Of a stretch of DNA of 64,000 nt, positions 9,779-18,200 are shown piece by piece. The position numbers and the translations under genes were made by a program. Below the pieces are notes generated by a model that was not told where the DNA came from, searched no databases, and saw nothing but the letters and a program-made list of their open reading frames with translations. This DNA is from a virus. Position 1 is the stretch's first letter; each line of letters starts with the position of its first letter. The DNA lies in the IMG/VR virus record IMGVR_UViG_3300025534_000004, positions 1-64,000 of that record; one strand, given 5' to 3'.

Positions 9779-11659
9779 TTATGCGGTGCGGTTCCGGAGT
9801 CCGGCAAGGGTTCGCAGACGGGAAATGTATCCCTCGTCCGGCAGCACCTCCTCGCCGTCGGTCGGCTCGGTCACCGTCGGCTTGGTCACCTCGCGGGCAA
9901 GGTTGTCACCCTGATTCGGGCGGGGGAGCAGGACATCCTCGCGGGAAAGCTCCATGCCTTCCTCCATGGCGTTGGTCCCGGCCTCGGCGTCATCGAGCGC
10001 CTCCTCGGTGTCATCAAGGTCATCGGCGGTGTCCAGCGGCTCCTGCGGATCGGCGCCAACCGCCGCCTCGGTGGTCAGGCCGCGCAGCCACGAGGAGAAC
10101 TCGCGGATCACATGGTTCTTCTCCGCAATGCCTTCGGAGAGGCTCAGACCGGCGATCCGGATGGCCTGCATAGCAACGGCACGCATCCGGCGGACCATCG
10201 CTGGGTCGCGCTCCTCGGACATGCGGTCGGCGACGAAGGACAGCAGGTTCAGCATCGTATCGTCCTTGACCTGCGGGACGATGGCGCCGAGCTTGTACAG
10301 AAGCTCGCTGGTCTTGTCCGTGAACTGCACGCCCTCCTTCGGATGCGGCGGCTCGTACAGGTCGAGATGGCCGTTCTTGAAGGCTTCCCACGCATCGGCA
10401 TTCACCTTGCGCCCCAACACCGATACGGTCGGCGTGGAGAGGTCCTCACGCGCCTCCTCCACCTCCGCCGGACCCGGCTCAACCTGCTTACGCCCGAACG
10501 GCTTCTGCGGCGCATCCGGACGCGCGAACAGTCGCCCATTGGCGGTCTTGCCGGGCGTGGCTTCGGCCTCGACCTCCTCCGGCGCCTTGTCGGGATGCGC
10601 CGGGCGACGGGGAACGACCTTTAGAAAATCCTCCTCGATGGCGTTGGCCTCGGCTTCCTTCGCCAAGCGACGAACCGCCTTGCACGCGGCCTCGATCACG
10701 GCGTCCGCCAACTCGCGGCCCTCGACGGCGATGATCTCGCGCATCTCGGCCAGATGCTCGGGGGACACGGCATCATCCTGCTCCTGCCCCTCGATCAGGG
10801 TATTGGCGCGCTCGGCAATGGCATCCGCCTCGGCCTGATAGGCGGTCGGGCGGCACAGCCGCTCGAACGTCTTGCGCAGCTTGCGCATCTCGCAGCGGCA
10901 CGCCTCGCGCACCGTCATGGCGCGGTCGCACTCGGTGATGGCGGCGGCGTTCTGGTAGATGTACTGGGAGCAGTTGGCGAGATTGGCGTAGTCGGTCGCC
11001 ATGCGCTGAATCTGCTGCCCGACCACATCGGCGAAGGTGCCGCCCATATTGACGTGCTGCGTCATGGCACGCGCCGGGGCAATGTTGGTCGTCGGGAACA
11101 GGAAACGCTCACCGACCGCGTTCTCGACGAAAATCTGGTCGATATGACGGCCACGGGCACCGATCTTGGTCTCGTCGATCTTGGCGGAGTGCCGCACGAT
11201 CATGCGGGCGTTCTCAAGGCGGAGGTAGCTGGATCGCGAGGTCCCGTAGAGACCGCTTTCGAAGATATTCATGGAAGTGTCCTTCTGAAATGACTCGGCT
11301 ACGGCGGACCCGGAGGCAAAATCCTTCGGAGAAATCTCCTTCCCGTATTGCCTGACGTTGAACAGCAAATTGAATTTGGTTGCGCAGTTGCGCAGCGCCG
11401 TGACCAGCCCGAGGATGTCGGTGATCTTCGTGCTCTTGCCGACCATCAGACGCACGGAGGAATCCTCCCCGGCGTCAATGATGGAGACGAGCAGGTTTTC
11501 CGGCCGCGCGAACATGCGGCGGGCATCGGCCGGGTCATCGACCCGGTTGCTCTCCTCGTCGTAGAGGAGAACCTCATAGTCATATGACCGAAGGATTTGA
11601 AACACTTCGGTCGCGGGTGCGGAGAAATCGACCACGGAATCCTCGGAAGTCGGTTTCAT
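9779..11659 (-). CDS. Large acidic putative virion/prohead-core protein
   Basis: 626-aa ORF with TAAATA box at 11661-11666; true start may be the downstream GTG. Confidence 0.55.
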   Translation of the reverse strand: MKPTSEDSVVDFSAPATEVFQILRSYDYEVLLYDEESNRVDDPADARRMFARPENLLVSIIDAGEDSSVRLMVGKSTKITDILGLVTALRNCATKFNLLFNVRQYGKEISPKDFASGSAVAESFQKDTSMNIFESGLYGTSRSSYLRLENARMIVRHSAKIDETKIGARGRHIDQIFVENAVGERFLFPTTNIAPARAMTQHVNMGGTFADVVGQQIQRMATDYANLANCSQYIYQNAAAITECDRAMTVREACRCEMRKLRKTFERLCRPTAYQAEADAIAERANTLIEGQEQDDAVSPEHLAEMREIIAVEGRELADAVIEAACKAVRRLAKEAEANAIEEDFLKVVPRRPAHPDKAPEEVEAEATPGKTANGRLFARPDAPQKPFGRKQVEPGPAEVEEAREDLSTPTVSVLGRKVNADAWEAFKNGHLDLYEPPHPKEGVQFTDKTSELLYKLGAIVPQVKDDTMLNLLSFVADRMSEERDPAMVRRMRAVAMQAIRIAGLSLSEGIAEKNHVIREFSSWLRGLTTEAAVGADPQEPLDTADDLDDTEEALDDAEAGTNAMEEGMELSREDVLLPRPNQGDNLAREVTKPTVTEPTDGEEVLPDEGYISRLRTLAGLRNRTA

Positions 11660-11744
11660 CTATTTATCGGCTGGTGTCCGGACAGAATCCGGTTGACTTC
11701 CTCAGATTTGTTGGTACGGAATTTCGATGGATGGAGAGGGCACT

Positions 11745-12320
11745 ATGAACCGAGCCGAGCGCCGCCGCGCCGCCAAGGAACAACAGAAGCAGCAGCGAAA
11801 AACGACGCTCTACGCCGAGATGCCCCTCGATGAGGTGCCCCCTCACCTGCACAGATTCATCCCGTGGACGCCCTTCGAGCGGGCGGAGCTTCCGCCGACA
11901 GCCGAGGCCGAGGTGCGGGAAATCGCGGAGAAGTTCGGCCTGTCTGAGGAAGCGGCCCGGCGCCAGATGGAGCGGGTGCTGCGCAATGAGGTCTGGATCA
12001 ATTCCCGCTACCAAGTGAACATCGACCGGAGCCCGGAGATCGGTGAGGGCTGGCCGAAAATGATCCACCTCAGCATCAAGCGCCGAGACAAGGAGGTCAT
12101 CCATGACTGGCGTGACCTGCAACGCATCAAAAATGAACTGATCGGCCCCGAGCACGAAGCGGTGGAACTCTACCCGGCGGAATCGCGCCTCGTTGACGCC
12201 GCCAACCAGTATCATTTGTGGGTGCTGGCCGAGCCGGGGGTGCGCTTCCCTTTCGGCTGGACGGAGCGTGGGAATCGAACCCACGGCACGCGGATTAAAA
12301 GTCCGCCGTTCTTCCTCTGA
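11745..12320 (+). CDS. Conserved phage hypothetical protein
   Basis: HLSIKR.D....HDWRDLQRIKNELIGPE.EAVELYPAESRLVD.ANQYHLW block; 3' end runs antisense into a tRNA. Confidence 0.8.
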   Translation: MNRAERRRAAKEQQKQQRKTTLYAEMPLDEVPPHLHRFIPWTPFERAELPPTAEAEVREIAEKFGLSEEAARRQMERVLRNEVWINSRYQVNIDRSPEIGEGWPKMIHLSIKRRDKEVIHDWRDLQRIKNELIGPEHEAVELYPAESRLVDAANQYHLWVLAEPGVRFPFGWTERGNRTHGTRIKSPPFFL

Positions 12321-12331
12321 ACTACCGGCCC
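12258..12331 (-). pseudogene. tRNA-Lys(UUU) with unpaired acceptor stem
   Basis: D arm, anticodon arm (GCGGA-CTTTTAA-TCCGC) and T arm intact; 5' GGGCCGG cannot pair with 3' GCTCCGT. Confidence 0.75.
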
Positions 12332-12355
12332 ACGCAAAGCCTGTATGGATGGGAT

Positions 12356-12431
12356 TGGAGGGCCGGGTGGGGTTCGAACCCACGACCTTGGGATTAAGAG
12401 TCCCCTGCTCAACCAACTGAGCTTCCGGCCC
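12356..12431 (-). tRNA. tRNA-Lys(CUU)
   Basis: Full cloverleaf, GGGCCGG/CCGGCCC acceptor stem, loop CTCTTAA, encoded CCA. Confidence 0.95.
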
Positions 12432-12441
12432 ATAGACGCGC

Positions 12442-12468
12442 AAAACCCCGCAGCCATCGGCTGCGGGG
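12442..12468 (-). terminator. Attenuator terminator of the tRNA-Lys operon
   Basis: CCCCGCAGCC-GAT-GGCTGCGGGG-TTTT just upstream of tRNA-Lys. Confidence 0.85.
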
Positions 12469-12495
12469 CCGCGAAGGACCGGCAGGGGATGGCTG

Positions 12496-12540
12496 TCAGA
12501 TCAGGCGCGTCAGGCGCTTTCGTTTCGACGTGCTGCTCAT
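12496..12540 (-). CDS. Putative Lys-sensing leader peptide MSSTSKRKRLTRLI
   Basis: 14-aa uORF with AAA and AAG codons between promoter and terminator. Confidence 0.75.
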   Translation of the reverse strand: MSSTSKRKRLTRLI

Positions 12541-12545
12541 GTCCG

Positions 12546-12576
12546 TATTTATAGCCGAACCGGAAATAAAGGTCAA
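12546..12576 (-). promoter_or_regulatory. Sigma70-type promoter overlapping a TAAATA box
   Basis: TTGACC-17 bp-TATAAA(TA). Confidence 0.8.
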
Positions 12577-12594
12577 TAACCGTGTTTTTCTGGT

Positions 12595-13710
12595 TCAGAC
12601 CGGGAAGCGGACCTCGCACAGCGTCCCACCGGATGGGTTGGGCACGATGCGCAGGTTGCCCTCGATCTGGTTGACGAAGCCACGGACAATACGGAGCCCA
12701 AGACCCGTTCCAGTGGGCGGCGCGGTCGTCTTGATGCCAACTCCATCATCAGCGATGCCGAGAACATACTCGTCCCCGTCCCGCCGGAAGGTGATGCGCA
12801 CCGTGCCTGCTCGATCCTCGGGAAAGGCGTATTTGAGGCTGTTCGTAACCATTTCGTTGACAATGAGGCCAATGGGAGCGGCACGCTTGAGCGGGATGAG
12901 ATGGCTCTCGACTTCTGCAATGGCCGTAACCGGGCGCACGCCAATGGTCGCCGTCAGGTCCTCGGCGAGCCCCCGCAGGAATTCTTCGCTGTTGATGACG
13001 CTCCCGAGGGAGGTCCCCTCGACCTTGGTACCATCGAGACGGCCTTGGACGGCCGCCATGGCCGCAACCCGCGCTTCGACGCTCGTCAGGGCATCCCGTA
13101 CTTCGGGATTGCTCGCCATTGCCGCCTGCCATCCGATTGTGGCCGCGAGGCGCTGCAAGTCATTGCGGAACCGGTGCGCCGTATCGCGGAGGAGAAGTAC
13201 CTTTTCAGCTTCCGACTTCTGCGCCCGTGTCATATTCGCGCGCAGTTCGCCCATGATCTTATGCAGGCTTTCAACCAGAAAAACGCCGAAGCAGTTGGTG
13301 GCGATGAATACAGAAACCCCGATCCAATGACTCTTGTCCACGGGATACAAAGAGCCATACGGCGGAACAAGCAGCCAGAAATACAAAAAAGTAGCCAAAA
13401 AAGTCGCCCAATATCCCGTCTGCTGGGCAAGGAAGAATGCCGATATGATTACCGCCGGGGCAAACATCGTCAGCGCATAGCCGTTGAAGTCCCCGACCAT
13501 GAAGTGTCGCACAACTGCTGCTGTGACAACGAGGATGGTCGAAATCCCATAGCGGAGTGCAGTAGGAAGTCGCCGGGTACTCTCCAAAAACTTCGACAAT
13601 CGCAGAATCATCAGCGTCCCTGAGGCGGCCCGTGCCGTGAGCGTCCCTGAGGCGGCCCGTGCCGTGAGCGTCCCTAAGGCGGCCCGTGCTATGCTATCAC
13701 GGAATCGCAA
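12595..13710 (-). CDS. Membrane sensor histidine kinase (HisKA_2/HWE-like, DUF4118-like TM input)
   Basis: H-box AHRFRNDLQ, N-box NEMVTNSLKYAF, G1 DDGVG, G2 GTGLGL; 4 TM helices; start uncertain. Confidence 0.9.
   Translation of the reverse strand: MRFRDSIARAALGTLTARAASGTLTARAASGTLMILRLSKFLESTRRLPTALRYGISTILVVTAAVVRHFMVGDFNGYALTMFAPAVIISAFFLAQQTGYWATFLATFLYFWLLVPPYGSLYPVDKSHWIGVSVFIATNCFGVFLVESLHKIMGELRANMTRAQKSEAEKVLLLRDTAHRFRNDLQRLAATIGWQAAMASNPEVRDALTSVEARVAAMAAVQGRLDGTKVEGTSLGSVINSEEFLRGLAEDLTATIGVRPVTAIAEVESHLIPLKRAAPIGLIVNEMVTNSLKYAFPEDRAGTVRITFRRDGDEYVLGIADDGVGIKTTAPPTGTGLGLRIVRGFVNQIEGNLRIVPNPSGGTLCEVRFPV
13613..13689. repeat. 27-bp tandem repeat, ~2.9 copies
   Basis: AGCGTCCCTGAGGCGGCCCGTGCCGTG x2 plus a partial third copy. 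Confidence 0.9.
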
Positions 13711-13753
13711 GGTATCCCACCCCTTTTGATCACCGTTTCGTTACATAAAGCGG

Positions 13754-13784
13754 TTGACGCCATGCGGAGTTCCTATGCTAAATA
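13754..13784 (+). promoter_or_regulatory. Promoter of the GluRS-tRNA operon
   Basis: TTGACG-19 bp-TAAATA, same spacing as the tRNA-Lys promoter. Confidence 0.7.
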
Positions 13785-13793
13785 GGTACGATC

Positions 13794-13859
13794 ATGTGCC
13801 AGTTTGCTTTCATCATTATCGCCCGACCGGAACCGCAGGAACCCACCCCCTCGCGGTGA
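13794..13859 (+). CDS. Putative Pro/Glu-sensing leader peptide MCQFAFIIIARPEPQEPTPSR
   Basis: 21-aa uORF containing CCG GAA CCG CAG GAA CCC ACC CCC. Confidence 0.75.
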   Translation: MCQFAFIIIARPEPQEPTPSR

Positions 13860-13932
13860 CGCGCTCGTGCGCGGTCGCCGCAAGACGGCGACCGACGGTT
13901 CTCTAGGCCAATCCCGGCCTTCGATATGACCC

Positions 13933-13958
13933 AAGGCCCGCCGTCCAGCGGGCCTTTT
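13933..13958 (+). terminator. Attenuator terminator upstream of the GluRS-like gene
   Basis: AAGGCCCGC-CGTCCA-GCGGGCCTT-TT. Confidence 0.85.
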
Positions 13959-13984
13959 GCATTTCAACCCAGAGAACCAGACCC

Positions 13985-14881
13985 ATGACCACCGCCCACA
14001 CCACCCGCATCGCTCCCTCCCCGACCGGCCTGTTCCATATCGGCAGTGCCCGGACGGCCCTGTTCAACTGGCTGATCGCCCGCGCGACGGGCGGCCGGTT
14101 CCTGCTGCGGATCGACGACACCGACAATGCCCGGAACGACGAGAGGGCCGTACAGGTGATCGACGACGCGCTGGCTTGGCTCGGCCTCGACCACGACATG
14201 CGCGTGCGCCAGTCCGACCGCCTCGACCTCTACCGCAACTTGGCAGCCGATCTTGTCCGCGCCGGTCTTGCACGGATGGACGGCACGGCCGTGCGGTTCG
14301 CGCCGAAGGTCATTGCGGAGGGTTGGTACGACACCATCGCAGGCAGGATCGCGATCACGGACAATGATCGCAAGGCCATTGACGGCCTTGTGCTGCTGCG
14401 GTCGGACGGAATGCCGACCTACCATCTCGCCTCGACCGTGGACGACATGGACCTTGGTGTAACTTGGATTGTCCGGGGCACCGATCACCTGTCGAACACC
14501 GCCAAGCATGTCGTGCTCTGGGAGGCGCTGGCCTCGCTGGACTGGTCCGGCCATGGACGCGGCCTGCCGCTGTTCACCCATGTCGGCCTCATCACGCAGA
14601 ACGGCAAGAAAGTCTCGAAGCGGGATGGCTCCGCGTCGCTGCTCAGCTACCGCGACGACGGCATCTGTGCCGACGCGATGTTCAACTGGCTGCTGCGCCT
14701 CGGCTGGGGTCCGACGGTGGACGACAGGACGACGCGGACCATTACGCGGGACCGGGCGCTCGCCTTGTTCCTCGACGGCGGCAAGATGCGCTCGTCGCCC
14801 GCGAATATGGACATGGCGCTGCTGGCCTCGCTGGATCGCAAATACAAGGGCGCCATCGAGAGGGCCGCACGGGCCGCATAG
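13985..14881 (+). CDS. Glutamyl-tRNA synthetase, catalytic domain only (GluRS/Glu-Q-RS-like)
   Basis: RIAPSPTG..HIGSARTALFNW, LLRIDDTD, PTYHLA..VDD, RG.DH..NT, KKVSKRDG; 298 aa. Confidence 0.92.
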   Translation: MTTAHTTRIAPSPTGLFHIGSARTALFNWLIARATGGRFLLRIDDTDNARNDERAVQVIDDALAWLGLDHDMRVRQSDRLDLYRNLAADLVRAGLARMDGTAVRFAPKVIAEGWYDTIAGRIAITDNDRKAIDGLVLLRSDGMPTYHLASTVDDMDLGVTWIVRGTDHLSNTAKHVVLWEALASLDWSGHGRGLPLFTHVGLITQNGKKVSKRDGSASLLSYRDDGICADAMFNWLLRLGWGPTVDDRTTRTITRDRALALFLDGGKMRSSPANMDMALLASLDRKYKGAIERAARAA

Positions 14882-14890
14882 GTTTCCTGT

Positions 14891-14965
14891 CTGGACGTAG
14901 CGCAGCGGTAGCGTGCTCGCCTCGGATGCGAGAGGTCGCGGGTTCGATCCCCGCCGTCCAGACCA
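14891..14965 (+). tRNA. tRNA-Pro(CGG)
   Basis: Cloverleaf, C1-G72, loop CTCGGAT, CCA. Confidence 0.9.
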
Positions 14966-14968
14966 TTC

Positions 14969-15044
14969 GCCTCATTCGTCTAGTGGTTCAGGACACTGCG
15001 CTTTCAATGCGGAAACACCGGTTCGAATCCGGTATGGGGCACCA
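14969..15044 (+). tRNA. tRNA-Glu(UUC)
   Basis: Cloverleaf, loop CTTTCAA, short variable loop, CCA. Confidence 0.9.
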
Positions 15045-15061
15045 AGTTCATTGCCGCTTAA

Positions 15062-15133
15062 CAGAGCGTGGCCCAGCGGTAGGGCGCCTCCTCGGGAAGG
15101 AGGAAGTCGGTGGTTCGATCCCACCCGCTCTGA
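15062..15133 (+). tRNA. tRNA-Pro(GGG)
   Basis: Cloverleaf, loop TCGGGAA, no encoded CCA, abuts the next tRNA. Confidence 0.85.
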
Positions 15134-15208
15134 CGGGGTGTGGCCGAGTGGCAAGGCGCCTGCTTTGGGAGCAGGAGATCGAAGGTTCGATTCCTTCCAC
15201 CCCGACCA
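15134..15208 (+). tRNA. tRNA-Pro(UGG)
   Basis: Cloverleaf, loop TTTGGGA, CCA. Confidence 0.95.
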
Positions 15209-15299
15209 TATCTCCATTGTGTCGGGAGAACGACCACACTGCGCACGGCTAAATATCGCCATCCATGCTCAACGAACCAGTAATTTGGAGCGTCGCGCC

Positions 15300-18200
15300 G
15301 TGATCCTCGTCAAATCCATTGCATTCCGTGGTGCCATCAACGTCAAGTACAGGATTGCGGACACCTCCCCGCCTGTTTGGGTGACGCCCGAGGGCCTGCT
15401 CGGCACGGCGCACAGCGGTGATACCGTCGGCTTCCAACTCGTCGCCGACAGCGCGAACCTCATCACCGACTACCGGGTGATCTCCGGCGAGCTTCCGGCC
15501 TACCTCACCCTTACATCGACCGGACTGCTCACCGGGACCGTGCCGGAGGAGATTGAGAGCGAGACCACCTTCGAGATCACGGTGCGCGTCACCGACAACT
15601 ATGGGCAGTATGCCGACCGCAGCTTCTCGGTCGTGGTGGCTCCGCCGTTGCCGCTGGCACCCATCTGGCAAACGCCGTCTAACCTCGGCAGCGTGCCCGC
15701 GCTCACGCCGATCAACATTGGCCTGCTGGCCGAAGCCGATCCGAGCGCCACAATCGTGTCCTATACCATCGCACCCTATTCCGGCGCTCTCCCGGTCGGA
15801 CTGACGCTCGACCCGGTCACGGGCGCCCTGTCCGGCACTCCGAATTATGTCGGCACCAATACCACCTACTTCTTCGTGCTGCGGGTCACCGATTCGAATG
15901 GCCGCTTCACGGACCGCTCCTTCCGCCTCGCGGTGACCTATGTCAACACACCGCCGAAGTTCATCACGCCAACCGGGCTGATCACCGATCTCGAAGGCGG
16001 GGAAAGCGCCAACGTCCTCCTGAACGCCACGGACGACAAGGGCATCAAGCACTGGCGCGTCCTCACCGGAGCACTGCCGGACGGACTGACCCTGTCGAAT
16101 GCTGGGTTCATCATGGGTACCGTCGCTTCGGTAACGGAAACCACCGTTTACGACTTCACCGTGGAGATCGAGGACGCCGAAGGTCTGACCGCGCAGCGGG
16201 ACTTCTCGATCAAGGTATGGGCGCCGAACCAGCCTCCGGTGTTTCTGACGCCGGAGGGCAGCCTCGGGACCTTCGATGAAGAATCGAAGATCAATATCAG
16301 CCTGTCCGTGGCGGATGATCGCAACCAAATCGCCAAAGTCGAGGTGGTCGGTGGGGATTTCCCTGCCGAATTGAACATGAGACCGGAAGGCACCATCGTT
16401 GGCACGCTCCCAGCGGTCGAGGAGGACACCACATACACCTTCACGCTTCGCGTTACCGACCTCGGCAACCGCGAGAACAAGAACAAGCTCTACAGTGACC
16501 GGACCTTCTCCCTGACGGTCCGCAATGTCGAGAACATGGCTCCGGTCATCACGACTCCGGCCGGAAGCCTAGGAACATTTGCGGAAAACTCCACCATCCT
16601 TGTGCATCTGGAAGCGACGGATGACCGCGATGGCACCTATGTCACATGGAGCATCGCGCCGGGATCGAGCCTGCCGGACGGGCTCACGCTCACCAGCGAC
16701 GGCACCCTGAAAGGTACCGCGCCGGAGGTCATGGAGGACACGACCTACGAGTTCACCCTGCGGGTGTCCGACCATGGTGATGGCATCAACGATCCTCTGT
16801 TCACGGATCGCACCTTCTCCATCACGGTGACGGACGTGAACACTCCACCGGTTCTGGAAGGCCCGAGCAACCTTGGGAAATACTGGACCGGGGACGTTGT
16901 CGAGGTGCAGCTTTCGGCGCAGGATGACAAGGCCATCACCGAATGGGAGGTCATCGGCGGGGAACTCCCGCCGGGCTTCGTCCTGACCACCAGCGGCGTG
17001 ATCAGCGGCACGGTGCCGCCACTGGACGAGATCACCGACTACAGCTTCGAAATCCGCGTGAGCGACGCCGAGGGGCTGACGGCATCGGCCACCTATACGA
17101 TGCGCCTGATGTCGGAGGAAGCCACACTCACCAACGCAGCGCCCGTCATCACCACTCCCGCCGGTTCGCTGGGAATCTTCGACGAGCGTACCGCCATCTC
17201 GTACACTTTGGCTGCCACTGACGATTATGATGAGCCGGTCTGGGAGGTCACGGGCGGTGACCTGCCGGAGGGCCTCAATCTGTCCCCCGAGGGCGTGATT
17301 TCCGGCACGACGCCGGACGTGATGGAGGACACGACCTATGAGTTCACCGTCCGGGCAAGCGATTCGCGCGGCCTCTACACGGAGCGCAGCTTCTCGATGA
17401 TCGTAGCGGATGTGAATACGCCGCCGGAAATCACCACCACCGAACTGCCGCCGGTCGTCGAAGGCAATTCCGTGTCGTTCCAGCTTGAAGGCACCGACGA
17501 CAAGGCCATCACGGAGTGGAGCATCGTCTCCGGCGCCCTGCCGAGTGGCTTGTCCATCTCCGCCTCCGGCCTGATCTCGGGTACGGCGCCAGAGGTCGAT
17601 GAGGATACGAGCTACGCCTTCACGGTGCAAGCCAGCGATGCGGGCGGCCTGACCGCAACCATGGAACTGAGCCTGACCGTGCGGAGCCGCGAGCCGTACT
17701 TCGTCACGCCGTCGGGTCTGCTCGGGACCTTTGAGAAGCGCGAGGAAATCGCCGTCGCCGTCGAGGCAAGGGATGATGTCGGGATCACGCTTTGGGAAGC
17801 CGTCGATCTGCCCGACTTCCTCACCCTACAGCCGAACGGTGTCCTTACCGGCATCGCTCCGGATGTTCTCACGGATACGGTCTACCCGATTACCCTGTAC
17901 ATTGAGGACGCGGACGGCCACTCGGCGACGCGTGAGTTCAGCATCGCAATCAAGTATGTGAACACGCCGCCCGTTATCACCTCGTCTGCCGACCTCGGTG
18001 CCTATGTGCAGAACGCTCCGGTCAGCATTCAACTGGAAGGCACGGACGATATCGGCATCGACGAATGGGCCTTGGAGGACAGTGACCTGCCGGAGGGCCT
18101 CAGCCTGACCCCGACCGGGCTCATCAGCGGCACCACGCCCAGCGTAACCGAGGATACGCGTTTCTATTTCACGGTACGCGCGACCGACACCGGAGGGCTC

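Noticed and set aside
13613-13689. 27-bp repeats as a mini-CRISPR
   Set aside because: Directly tandem, no spacers.
14913-15299. N-terminal 129 codons of the 1437-aa ORF
   Set aside because: Overlap four tRNA genes; the late promoter and RBS point to GTG 15300.
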